DNA of 64,000 bases, from positions 1 through 64,000 of the IMG/VR virus record IMGVR_UViG_3300042691_041259; one strand, given 5' to 3'. The DNA comes from a virus. Taxonomy: Duplodnaviria > Caudoviricetes. Below, piece after piece: positions 44,634-52,710 of the stretch (position 1 is its first letter; the number at the start of each line of letters is the position of its first letter). Under the pieces are notes generated by a model. The model saw nothing but the letters and a program-made list of their open reading frames with translations. It ran no database searches and was not told the origin of the DNA. Both the position numbers and the translations under genes were made by a program.

Positions 44634-45276
44634 AAGTGTCATCCATATTTTCAAGTTTTCCAGTAGCCCGCTTTTCTGGGACTACTTGTCGAATAGATTC
44701 AATCAGACCGCGAGTACCACGAGTTTGCATTGGATTTGCTCCCGACACTTCTTCATGATCCGTGTCAGTAGTTTCTGCTGCTCTGAGTTGATAATCGTTC
44801 TTTAAGTTTTTATAGTTGTTTTCCATAATGATCATAAACTGTGCAAGATGCTTTACAATTTCCATTTTGGATCTCTGTAAAGAAGATAGCACTTCAAAAG
44901 TTCTCGGATGCAGATTGCCGTTATCAATCTCTTCCAGAAGTTTAATGATGGCATGCTCAGCAGTTCTCATCTGAAATAGTAGATTGGAAATTGTTATGTG
45001 ATCGACCGCAGTCTTTTGTTTCACATAAGGAATTGTTTCAATAATCTTTTCGTCTAAGTAAAAATTGGCTACTGAACTGACTATTTCTTCAGCAGAATCT
45101 TCGCATTCAATTTTTACATTATGGTAGTCAAGAGAAGAAATTGGTCGGCTTGGAAGAATATCGCTTGCCTGAGCCGTTAAAGACTGAATAGCTTGTGTGT
45201 CCTCCGAAATGAGCTTCTCCAACTCTTCTCGTAATAACATCTGTTCTTTTTTCTCGGGATCAATTTTTCTAGGCAT
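44605..45276 (-). CDS. Helical protein upstream of terL (candidate small terminase)
   Basis: Position and helical character only. Confidence 0.45.
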   Translation of the reverse strand: MPRKIDPEKKEQMLLREELEKLISEDTQAIQSLTAQASDILPSRPISSLDYHNVKIECEDSAEEIVSSVANFYLDEKIIETIPYVKQKTAVDHITISNLLFQMRTAEHAIIKLLEEIDNGNLHPRTFEVLSSLQRSKMEIVKHLAQFMIIMENNYKNLKNDYQLRAAETTDTDHEEVSGANPMQTRGTRGLIESIRQVVPEKRATGKLENMDDTYGEGEGMVD

Positions 45277-45277
45277 A

Positions 45278-47344
45278 TTACTTTGTTTTTGCAATCCATG
45301 GAAGTCTTAGGCGCGGTAAAGCGTTGTCGATTACGATTGCGAGTTGCGAATCCTCCACTATGTTTTGATTTAGCAGAGTCATTTGTTTTTCTGTGTCGTT
45401 TTCAATAGAATCAAATAACCTAATGTTTGTCATTACAAGAGGTGTTCCTAATAATCGATAGCTTCTCCATTTGTCGTCGGTTACTGTGTAATCGGCGGCC
45501 GGGACTTGAATGGCTGATGCATATATATTTTCTAAATCGGTAGTGTTGATTGGTGTTGGATCGTTGTCAATCCATTTCCGCGTCCACACATTCAGTGATA
45601 CTTGTCCAAATTCATTTGATATGTTAAGGAATATTGCGTACCATTGGTTTACTGCTAAATTTTGTGGCAGAATAAAGTATTTTTTTGTTTCATTCAAATA
45701 GAGCTTTATGTAGCGGCCTGCTATAAGTGAAAGGTGCCAACCCTTATTAACATCCGGATCAAACCCATAGAACAAACACTTTTCATATGTAAGTTCAGAT
45801 GTAAATGTTCCTACAGTTTGCCAACCAGAGTACTGTGCCTGGAGGAAGGTATAAATTTCAATTGGTATCAATACACGATGAACATATGTTGAAACAGTGG
45901 AATCCCAAGATCCATAGAAAGAAATTCCATTTGGCCTTGTGAATTTTATCAAATCATCTCCAGAAAACTTTCGAATAGCATTTATTGTAAACTGTACCAA
46001 TGCATGAGTTGCAGTAATGCTAACAACTGTAAACGGACCTTGTACCGGATCTCTTGGTATAACATATCCTGGATCAACATCTTTAAACCATGCAAGAAAC
46101 GCGCGGTTTTCCGTAATGCCAAAATCTACATTCGATTTGTAAAGAACTGCGGTTCGTGAAGCCGCGCCGCCACTAAAATAGTTAGGAATATACGTATTTG
46201 CAACATATGTATTAGAGGTTGGATCTACGTTTGTGGCTTGCCCACCAATAGTAGTTCTTAAGTCGTATTGCGAATTTGATACAAGAGTGTAGTAATTAAG
46301 GAACCTCTCCTCGGTAATAATCAAATCATCATTAATGTATGCTCGGATTGGATCGTAATCCTTTGATCCAATTTTAGGATCGTATTGCTGTGGCTTAGTC
46401 TTTTCTAATGCGTCAGCTAACAATTCTTCACCAAAAAGCTCCTCGGTGTTTCGAGAAATTGATTCCAAAAAGTCTTTATGATCTTGTGTTTCTGAACGGT
46501 TTGATTTTGGAGCGTATTTCATTAAAGCAACTTTCCAATAAACCGGCTTCTGCATAAAGTCACGAAATAGGTAAGAACTCTGAACTTCATAAATCCTATT
46601 AGTAAGAGGAAAGTATATGATGTCTCTTTTTTGTGGAGCAGACCCTACGCCAAAAATGTCTTCAAAATAGGCTTTATCAATGTGGACTTCAAATGGCATT
46701 TCAAAGTCCAATCCCATTGGACCAAAATTGATTTTGTTATCCGGAAACTCGTTGTTTGGAACTAGTACTTTAATACAGCACGGATCATCCACATCATAAA
46801 GAGTCCATTCTTTTAAAGTGACGTCTCTTCCATTTAGCAATGGAGTGGCCTTTGCGTATTCTACACTGTGGCCAAAGAGTTGATTGATAGTAAAACTTAA
46901 GCTCTTATAGAGAGAAACTGCCGGGTTAACTTGGTATGGTCTAAAGCTAAAGTTTTCAATCTTTGTAAGAGATGTAATGTTGCCACATTGGCAAGCTGAT
47001 GCAACTGGAACAAATCCCAAAAACTTATCTTGCGCAATAGGATCCTGTTCATATTTTACTGCAATGGAGTTTACCATCACTGGGCCTCCTGAAAGCAGAG
47101 TTATTCGAAAGTCAATCCAGAGCTCATTGTTTGGATCAAGAAGAATGTCCTGTAAATTTTCATCAGTAAGTTCAATCCAAGCAGTCTTAATTTGATTAGT
47201 CTTTGACCAACGAAATTCAAGCTTTACTGTACCGGCGCCGGAAGAATCATAAGTGTACCCGGTCAGCTTTGTGACATAATTGATAGATTGGTTGTAAGAG
47301 ATCTTTGCAAAATCACCTATCTGACTGAGAGTAGCTAATATCAT
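45278..47344 (-). CDS. Neck/head-closure protein (T4 gp14-like core) with extra domains
   Basis: FGPMGLDFEMPFEVHIDK..FE..FG....PQKRDIIYFPLTNRIYEV; LamG-like C-terminal region. Confidence 0.7.
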   Translation of the reverse strand: MILATLSQIGDFAKISYNQSINYVTKLTGYTYDSSGAGTVKLEFRWSKTNQIKTAWIELTDENLQDILLDPNNELWIDFRITLLSGGPVMVNSIAVKYEQDPIAQDKFLGFVPVASACQCGNITSLTKIENFSFRPYQVNPAVSLYKSLSFTINQLFGHSVEYAKATPLLNGRDVTLKEWTLYDVDDPCCIKVLVPNNEFPDNKINFGPMGLDFEMPFEVHIDKAYFEDIFGVGSAPQKRDIIYFPLTNRIYEVQSSYLFRDFMQKPVYWKVALMKYAPKSNRSETQDHKDFLESISRNTEELFGEELLADALEKTKPQQYDPKIGSKDYDPIRAYINDDLIITEERFLNYYTLVSNSQYDLRTTIGGQATNVDPTSNTYVANTYIPNYFSGGAASRTAVLYKSNVDFGITENRAFLAWFKDVDPGYVIPRDPVQGPFTVVSITATHALVQFTINAIRKFSGDDLIKFTRPNGISFYGSWDSTVSTYVHRVLIPIEIYTFLQAQYSGWQTVGTFTSELTYEKCLFYGFDPDVNKGWHLSLIAGRYIKLYLNETKKYFILPQNLAVNQWYAIFLNISNEFGQVSLNVWTRKWIDNDPTPINTTDLENIYASAIQVPAADYTVTDDKWRSYRLLGTPLVMTNIRLFDSIENDTEKQMTLLNQNIVEDSQLAIVIDNALPRLRLPWIAKTK

Positions 47345-47379
47345 CCGTTCTTTTCTTTTTGTGCTTTTATAGCATATAG

Positions 47380-47390
47380 CTATATATCAA
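47380..47390 (-). promoter_or_regulatory. Class III promoter TTGATATATAG
   Basis: Heads the neck-terminase run. Confidence 0.7.
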
Positions 47391-47408
47391 CCAAGAAAAG
47401 CTAGATGT

Positions 47409-47822
47409 TTAGTTCTTTTCAATAAGCTTTTGCAGCTGTGCGAGTTCTTGAATAAACGGTTCGCCAAACATTTTCATGGCCTCTTCTACATCGCGACGAG
47501 AACACATATTCTTTTGACAGTAATACCGAATGGTCGTGTCATTGACTGGCTGTGCAGCGGCTTTCTTTTCCTTTTCTTTCTTGGTCTTTACAAACATCCA
47601 GGAAGGAGTGCGGCTAAACATTTTGCCAACCGTGTCAGCCCAATATGTAACCGCATTCCCTGGATGTATTTTGGTATGGTTAAGAAACTGCGCCTGCACT
47701 GGATATTTGATAGCCATGAAACGATTCACCATAAAGTTATGTCTTCCACGTTCATGCAAAGAAGTCTTATTAAACTCGTCTCGCTTGGAGAACATTGAAT
47801 TAAGAAGGTCGAATAGTTCCAT
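47409..47822 (-). CDS. Clamp loader small subunit (T4 gp62-like)
   Basis: FMVNRF, W..VKTKK, IRYYCQK..CS..D..EA pattern; gp44-like gene nearby. Confidence 0.55.
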   Translation of the reverse strand: MELFDLLNSMFSKRDEFNKTSLHERGRHNFMVNRFMAIKYPVQAQFLNHTKIHPGNAVTYWADTVGKMFSRTPSWMFVKTKKEKEKKAAAQPVNDTTIRYYCQKNMCSRRDVEEAMKMFGEPFIQELAQLQKLIEKN

Positions 47823-47831
47823 AGTTATATT

Positions 47832-48044
47832 TTATTCAGTGTCTTTTGAAAGTTTCTTTACATCGGAAAATTTTGCCACCCATAGGTAAAAAACAAAAAG
47901 TCCAATCCACCAATCAAAATCTACCAAGTCTCTGATAGGTGTTTTTGTAAATAGTGAATAGCCCAGGACCAAGAATCCTGCTAACATAATTGCGATCTGA
48001 ATAACTATAATAGCCCAGATCAATGCTGCTTTTAATTTGCTCAT
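47832..48044 (-). CDS. Small two-TM membrane protein
   Basis: Two hydrophobic helices. Confidence 0.55.
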   Translation of the reverse strand: MSKLKAALIWAIIVIQIAIMLAGFLVLGYSLFTKTPIRDLVDFDWWIGLFVFYLWVAKFSDVKKLSKDTE

Positions 48045-48050
48045 AAGAAT

Positions 48051-48401
48051 CTATTTTTGATTGTAAATGTTTCTAAGTTCTAATACTTCTTCAGCGGTTT
48101 CGTATTCTTCAATGCTGGCAAAGTATTCCTCGCACTCTTCCAGGTTTCCCAAGATATCCTCGTCATGTATACTGATGATTGCAATAAGACTATTCATTTC
48201 ATCCAGAATAGGTGAGTCTTCGTGTATTTCTGCTACCACCACTTCTTCCAAGTCTGGTTCTTCAATAAGTTCTCGACAAGCAAGCATTGTGCATCTTAAA
48301 ACGGTATCTCTATTTGAGTCCATCCATTCTACTATATGTTCATCGATAGTTTCGGTGAGACTGATATAGATTTTTAACGGTATGCTTAGTTCGTTTTTCA
48401 T
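48051..48401 (-). CDS. Acidic hypothetical protein with a UVR-like C-terminus
   Basis: LEECEEYFASIEEYETAEEVLELRN. Confidence 0.55.
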   Translation of the reverse strand: MKNELSIPLKIYISLTETIDEHIVEWMDSNRDTVLRCTMLACRELIEEPDLEEVVVAEIHEDSPILDEMNSLIAIISIHDEDILGNLEECEEYFASIEEYETAEEVLELRNIYNQK

Positions 48402-49510
48402 TTGCCTCCTAATGCTTTAAATATATCTGCTTCAAATGTTTTTCCAGCGCTAATGAATTTTGATCCATCAAGTAGAGCATGCATATCATATGTTCGCGCA
48501 GATAGCGTCTTACGAGTAAGAAGCGATTGCAGATGCGGTTTAAATTCTTCCTGAATTGAAGCAGGAATTACGCGTTCATCCAGAAATACAAGCTGCGTAT
48601 TCCTTTCCAGGTTATGCTTGATCAAGTCGGGTGCAGGATTCTGCTTTACCACTGCGTTGATTGCATTGGCAATTTCTGCAGAACGGCTTGGAAGATCCAT
48701 GATATCTGTTAGCGGTTTAACGCTGGTAAGTATTTCCCAGATTCTAGCGCATTTGGCTGGAGTAATGCGGAATGTTTTGCCATCCTTTTGCCAAGTATAG
48801 ATTGGTGGAACTGCGTCGCCAGCATCTCCCATGATTACCTTTTCAAATACAATATAGAAAGGATCCACTTCCTCAATCTCAATAGAATTTAGTGCATCCT
48901 GTATAAGATCTTTGCCACGGTTCATATAGGTATCCGCATTAAAGATATCCACGCTATCAGCAGTAATCCACTTCTTGAAACCGTTAGGAGCGGTGATTTT
49001 GCGAGTCTTAGTATTTGGGTTATAGACTACGGAGAAGTTGCCGGATTCTTTCATAATTACCGTTTGGGTAAGGTCCCGGTCGCCTGTGATTACTACCACA
49101 TCCATTCCATTTTCCACGAGTGCTTTAGACCACAGAGCCATAAGATCATCGCCTTCCGCCTTTTCCTGACGGGAAACTACGAAACCACGTGACATGAGGA
49201 TCCGTGAGAACTCATTCATTACATTATAGAAGTTATCCCAATTGACTTTGCTCTCGTCCTTTTCGCGATGACCTTTGTAAGAGCCATCCTGAATTTCAAT
49301 GTCCTTTCTCCAGGAGCGAGAATCAATAGTAAAGATCACATGATCCGGATTTCCAAACTGTCGAATTGCATATGACATATCGGTAGCAATCTTACGTATG
49401 AACATTGCTTGATCCTTCTCGTCTTCCAACAGTTTGTCGCTGCTTCCATAAGATGAAAAAACGAATAGGGATTTGTAAAAGAGATAGTTTCCGTCGAAGA
49501 TTAGTACCAT
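48398..49510 (-). CDS. 5'-3' exonuclease / RNase H (T4 rnh or PolA N-terminal-like)
   Basis: LIFDGNY, YKGHR, EGDDLM, ITGDRDLTQ, VIMGDAGDAVP. Confidence 0.9.
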   Translation of the reverse strand: MVLIFDGNYLFYKSLFVFSSYGSSDKLLEDEKDQAMFIRKIATDMSYAIRQFGNPDHVIFTIDSRSWRKDIEIQDGSYKGHREKDESKVNWDNFYNVMNEFSRILMSRGFVVSRQEKAEGDDLMALWSKALVENGMDVVVITGDRDLTQTVIMKESGNFSVVYNPNTKTRKITAPNGFKKWITADSVDIFNADTYMNRGKDLIQDALNSIEIEEVDPFYIVFEKVIMGDAGDAVPPIYTWQKDGKTFRITPAKCARIWEILTSVKPLTDIMDLPSRSAEIANAINAVVKQNPAPDLIKHNLERNTQLVFLDERVIPASIQEEFKPHLQSLLTRKTLSARTYDMHALLDGSKFISAGKTFEADIFKALGGK

Positions 49511-49524
49511 ATATTATTTTGTTT

Positions 49525-49583
49525 TGATAAAAATAACCAAAAGAATTCAAATCTGAAAACATTTGGTCATTTAGTTGTTAACA
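49525..49583 (-). promoter_or_regulatory. Class I element
   Basis: TGTTAACAACT with the same 46-nt offset to TTATTTTTATC. Confidence 0.7.
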
Positions 49584-49831
49584 TTCTGTGGATTCCATTT
49601 TTTAACGGCTTCATCCACGCTTTTCTCTAGGTGTTCCCGTAATTTAGGTACGCCTTCGGTAGTTGGTAGGCAGCCTTTGAAAACTACTTGGCGGCTAAGG
49701 CTACCATCATTTGCTACATAATACATGTAGACTCGTGTGCCTACCTTAATGATTTCAAATTTCTTGGGATGCAAAAAGCTATACTTCTGTAGCATATACG
49801 CTTTAAGATCCTCAGTTCTCTTGATTGTCAT
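49571..49831 (-). CDS. Hypothetical protein (start moved to MTIKRTEDL)
   Basis: Trimming removes a long overlap with the KTSC gene. Confidence 0.5.
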   Translation of the reverse strand: MTIKRTEDLKAYMLQKYSFLHPKKFEIIKVGTRVYMYYVANDGSLSRQVVFKGCLPTTEGVPKLREHLEKSVDEAVKKWNPQNVNN

Positions 49832-50198
49832 CGACTTTTTGGAATTTTTTAGAATTACGAATGTTTGCCAGGAAATGCTTTCCTTGAGATTCTGCATCGC
49901 AAAACTCTTTGTAATCATTGAAACTTACTTCCTCGTACATGTACTCTTGGTGATTGTTAAATTCTACAGTCAGCACCTCCTTATCATAGTTGTAGGTGGT
50001 AGAATGTATTAAGGAAGAATCCCATTCACGCTTTTCAAGGGTTCCTTTTGTGGTAAGTTCTCCTACCACTTCGTTGTAGGCTTTTTCTGCTTTGTTTTTT
50101 TGTTCCATCATTAAATGTTTGTATTTGTCCATTCTTTCTAATACTTCTTTATGTATGCCACGATTGTGTGCATCAAAGAGAATTTTTTCTATGCTCAT
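49812..50198 (-). CDS. KTSC-domain protein
   Basis: SSLIHSTTYN...LTVEFNN...Y.YEEV......F..AESQGKHF.ANIR. Confidence 0.85.
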   Translation of the reverse strand: MSIEKILFDAHNRGIHKEVLERMDKYKHLMMEQKNKAEKAYNEVVGELTTKGTLEKREWDSSLIHSTTYNYDKEVLTVEFNNHQEYMYEEVSFNDYKEFCDAESQGKHFLANIRNSKKFQKVDDNQEN

Positions 50199-51145
50199 GA
50201 ATTAAAGATCATTTGACAGTTGAATACCGCGGAAAGCATGGTTACGCACGGATCAATTACATGAACTCTTTGCGCTTGGTGGTTTGCCACGGTAATGAGT
50301 ATTTGCGGAATTTTTGCAATCTTGGTAGGGTGGTTATCACGTATGTATTCCGGAAGTTCCGTACCTAGCGCAGAAAGAACCTCATCCACTTTGCTGCTGT
50401 AGTTGGTCATCAAAAACTTGTAATTTTCGTATGCATCAGCCGACTTGGTAACTAGTTCAAATACATCGCGAAACGAGTAGTTAAGTTTCTTTACGTCCTC
50501 TGCCTCAATCTGTGTTACGCCTTGTACCACAAAAGTTTGGATCTTATTAACGATGGAACGCATATCCGGAAAGTTGCGTTTTACAAATTCACCTAAGGCT
50601 TCCTTGCTGATAGTAATACCCGACTTTTGAAAGATTGCGTAAGCACGTTTTGCAAATTCCACCATTACTTCTTTTTCTTCCTCTTTGGAAATGGTATCAA
50701 AGTTAATGCAAGTGAAACGCGATTGTACTGGATCCGGAACTTTGTTGATGTAGTTACAGGTTCCAATGAAACGGGCAGTGCTTGCAAACTTTTCAATGGT
50801 AGCACGAAGGGCTTTATAGAATTGGTCAGAAGCGCCATCCATCTCATCAAGCAAAACTACTTTGAACTGCTCGGCTCCATCAAGAAGACTAATGGTAGAA
50901 CACCAATTAGTAATCTTTTCGCGAATTACGTCCACTGAACTTTCATCAGATACGTTAATGTATAAGGTCGGGTACTGCTTAGAAAGTACCTTTGCCAGGG
51001 TAGTTTTGCCTAATCCCGGAGGACCATAGAATAAGTAGTTCTGATGAAGGGTTCCATCGCCAATAGCCTTACGGATTCGCGAAGGTAAAATTGTTTGGTC
51101 CAAACTTTGCGGACGGTACTTCTCGGTAAAAAGTTCTTGAATCAT
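50195..51145 (-). CDS. Clamp loader large subunit (T4 gp44 / RFC-like AAA+)
   Basis: FTEKYRPQSL, GPPGLGKTT, INVSDE, LLDEMDG, PVQSRF. Confidence 0.93.
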   Translation of the reverse strand: MIQELFTEKYRPQSLDQTILPSRIRKAIGDGTLHQNYLFYGPPGLGKTTLAKVLSKQYPTLYINVSDESSVDVIREKITNWCSTISLLDGAEQFKVVLLDEMDGASDQFYKALRATIEKFASTARFIGTCNYINKVPDPVQSRFTCINFDTISKEEEKEVMVEFAKRAYAIFQKSGITISKEALGEFVKRNFPDMRSIVNKIQTFVVQGVTQIEAEDVKKLNYSFRDVFELVTKSADAYENYKFLMTNYSSKVDEVLSALGTELPEYIRDNHPTKIAKIPQILITVANHQAQRVHVIDPCVTMLSAVFNCQMIFNS

Positions 51146-51166
51146 TCGTGATTTGATTTATGATAT

Positions 51167-51192
51167 TTATATTCAATGAGTATACTTAGTTT
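51167..51192 (-). promoter_or_regulatory. Class II motif
   Basis: AAACTAAGTATACTCATTGAATATAA, upstream of the clamp loader gene. Confidence 0.45.
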
Positions 51193-51734
51193 TCTTCAAA
51201 AAACTCGGGGTGATCTTTCTTTTCTTGAGCGAGACCTTTTTTGTAGAATTCGTCTTCAATGCGGTCGGCCATGTCTTGGAGTCTCTTATCAGCATGAATG
51301 CTGATGCGCAAGTCGTACCAATTCCATTTGGTTTTCCAGTCTATGAAACGGTAGCCTTTGGTAAGTTCTCTGTGAAGATTGTGTAGCTTTCGATTACGAA
51401 CTCGCACAATTGATTTATCATTGCCAAAGACTTCTAGAAAGCGCAGGAACCACCTTGGGCACCAAGCCGGTTTTGCTTTTTTGTCCATTTCCAAAATCAG
51501 CGGGCGAATCACCTCAGAGCACTGCCCGTTGTCGGACGTGTATATGTTGCCAAGGTAACTGTACTTCTCGTTGAAGTTTTTTGGAAAAAAGATTTCGCGA
51601 AGGTCAGCCCACTGGATATCACGAGTGTGAATGATTCCTTTTTTGCGACCTTTCCAAAAAAGCAGGCTTTGTGCAAAATTGGTGGCCCTCTCTTTAAACG
51701 GCCGAGGCGTTGGTGTAAATTTAGATTTCTTCAT
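51186..51734 (-). CDS. Hypothetical protein (182 aa)
   Basis: Coherent ORF; no family recognised. Confidence 0.65.
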   Translation of the reverse strand: MKKSKFTPTPRPFKERATNFAQSLLFWKGRKKGIIHTRDIQWADLREIFFPKNFNEKYSYLGNIYTSDNGQCSEVIRPLILEMDKKAKPAWCPRWFLRFLEVFGNDKSIVRVRNRKLHNLHRELTKGYRFIDWKTKWNWYDLRISIHADKRLQDMADRIEDEFYKKGLAQEKKDHPEFFEEN

Positions 51735-51933
51735 TGATAGGAGAGTTTACGTCTTGCCAAAGACGGTTTAAGAATTCTTTTGGAACCTCGGGTCCGATCT
51801 CACCGGAAGAGGTAAGCATCATTAGTCTTCTGACGAAGCGAATGCGAGCAGCAGCCAGTTCCGGGTTGTGATTGATTTCGATCAGCGCATCAGAAAGATG
51901 CGAATTGATTACCATGCTGATTTTGACTTCCAT
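51721..51933 (-). CDS. Hypothetical protein (start moved to MEVKISMV)
   Basis: The longer start lies inside the class I promoter element. Confidence 0.6.
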   Translation of the reverse strand: MEVKISMVINSHLSDALIEINHNPELAAARIRFVRRLMMLTSSGEIGPEVPKEFLNRLWQDVNSPINEEI

Positions 51934-51949
51934 TTGTTTTAATTTGATA

Positions 51950-52008
51950 GTATAAAAATAATACAAAAAGGTGGAAGAAAAAAATCTAGAGGCTGATAGT
52001 TATTAACA
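51950..52008 (-). promoter_or_regulatory. Class I element
   Basis: TGTTAATAACT-N33-GTATTATTTTTATAC. Confidence 0.75.
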
Positions 52009-52012
52009 AAAA

Positions 52013-52705
52013 TTACACCACGCTACCAGTACCCATGTAGGTCCAGCTTGTGCCAGCAAGGTTACCTCTCCAAACTTTACTGGTTGTAGAAGCTGATTGC
52101 GCTACGGATGGGGAATCAAAAGGACCAGCACTATTTTGAAAATTGGTTTTTGCTCGAGTTTCAATCCATTGATACAGGTTGTCCCTGTAAAAGTTTAATA
52201 ACCATGTTGAAGGTAGAGTCTCACCAGACGGGCCGCTGTACGCATAGCCAGAAACTTGAATAATTTTTACAAAACTTTTGTTTCCGCTGCTACCGGTTTG
52301 GTAGTATATGTTATGCACATCTCCATCATCATTGGTCACCGGGCTGCCAATGGCAGAAGGCTTAAAAAATAGATCTCCTGGATTAGAGGTATAGTATTTT
52401 ACTACACCAGTTGCAGATCCTGGTGCTGATGGACCTGCTATAGAAAAATACACACCAGGGTTTGCTGGGTCTGTAAAATATATGAAACTGTTGGTTCCAA
52501 CATACAAATTTGTGGAAGATATATTTTCAATTGAAAAAGAAACTGGAAGCACTATAGCAGTAGTAGTAGAGTTGAATTCAGCGAAAGGAGTATCATAACT
52601 ACCGCTATATGTAGTGTATCCTGCATAAGAAGGCCAACCAAGCGTGGAAGCGCTAAAGTTCCACCCATCAGAGGAATTCATAAAAGATACTGGGTATACT
52701 ATCAT
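52013..52705 (-). CDS. Beta-rich protein downstream of the fibre gene (possible fibre-tip partner)
   Basis: S/T/G/Y-rich; starts 5 nt after the fibre stop codon. Confidence 0.55.
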   Translation of the reverse strand: MIVYPVSFMNSSDGWNFSASTLGWPSYAGYTTYSGSYDTPFAEFNSTTTAIVLPVSFSIENISSTNLYVGTNSFIYFTDPANPGVYFSIAGPSAPGSATGVVKYYTSNPGDLFFKPSAIGSPVTNDDGDVHNIYYQTGSSGNKSFVKIIQVSGYAYSGPSGETLPSTWLLNFYRDNLYQWIETRAKTNFQNSAGPFDSPSVAQSASTTSKVWRGNLAGTSWTYMGTGSVV

Positions 52706-52710
52706 ACAGC

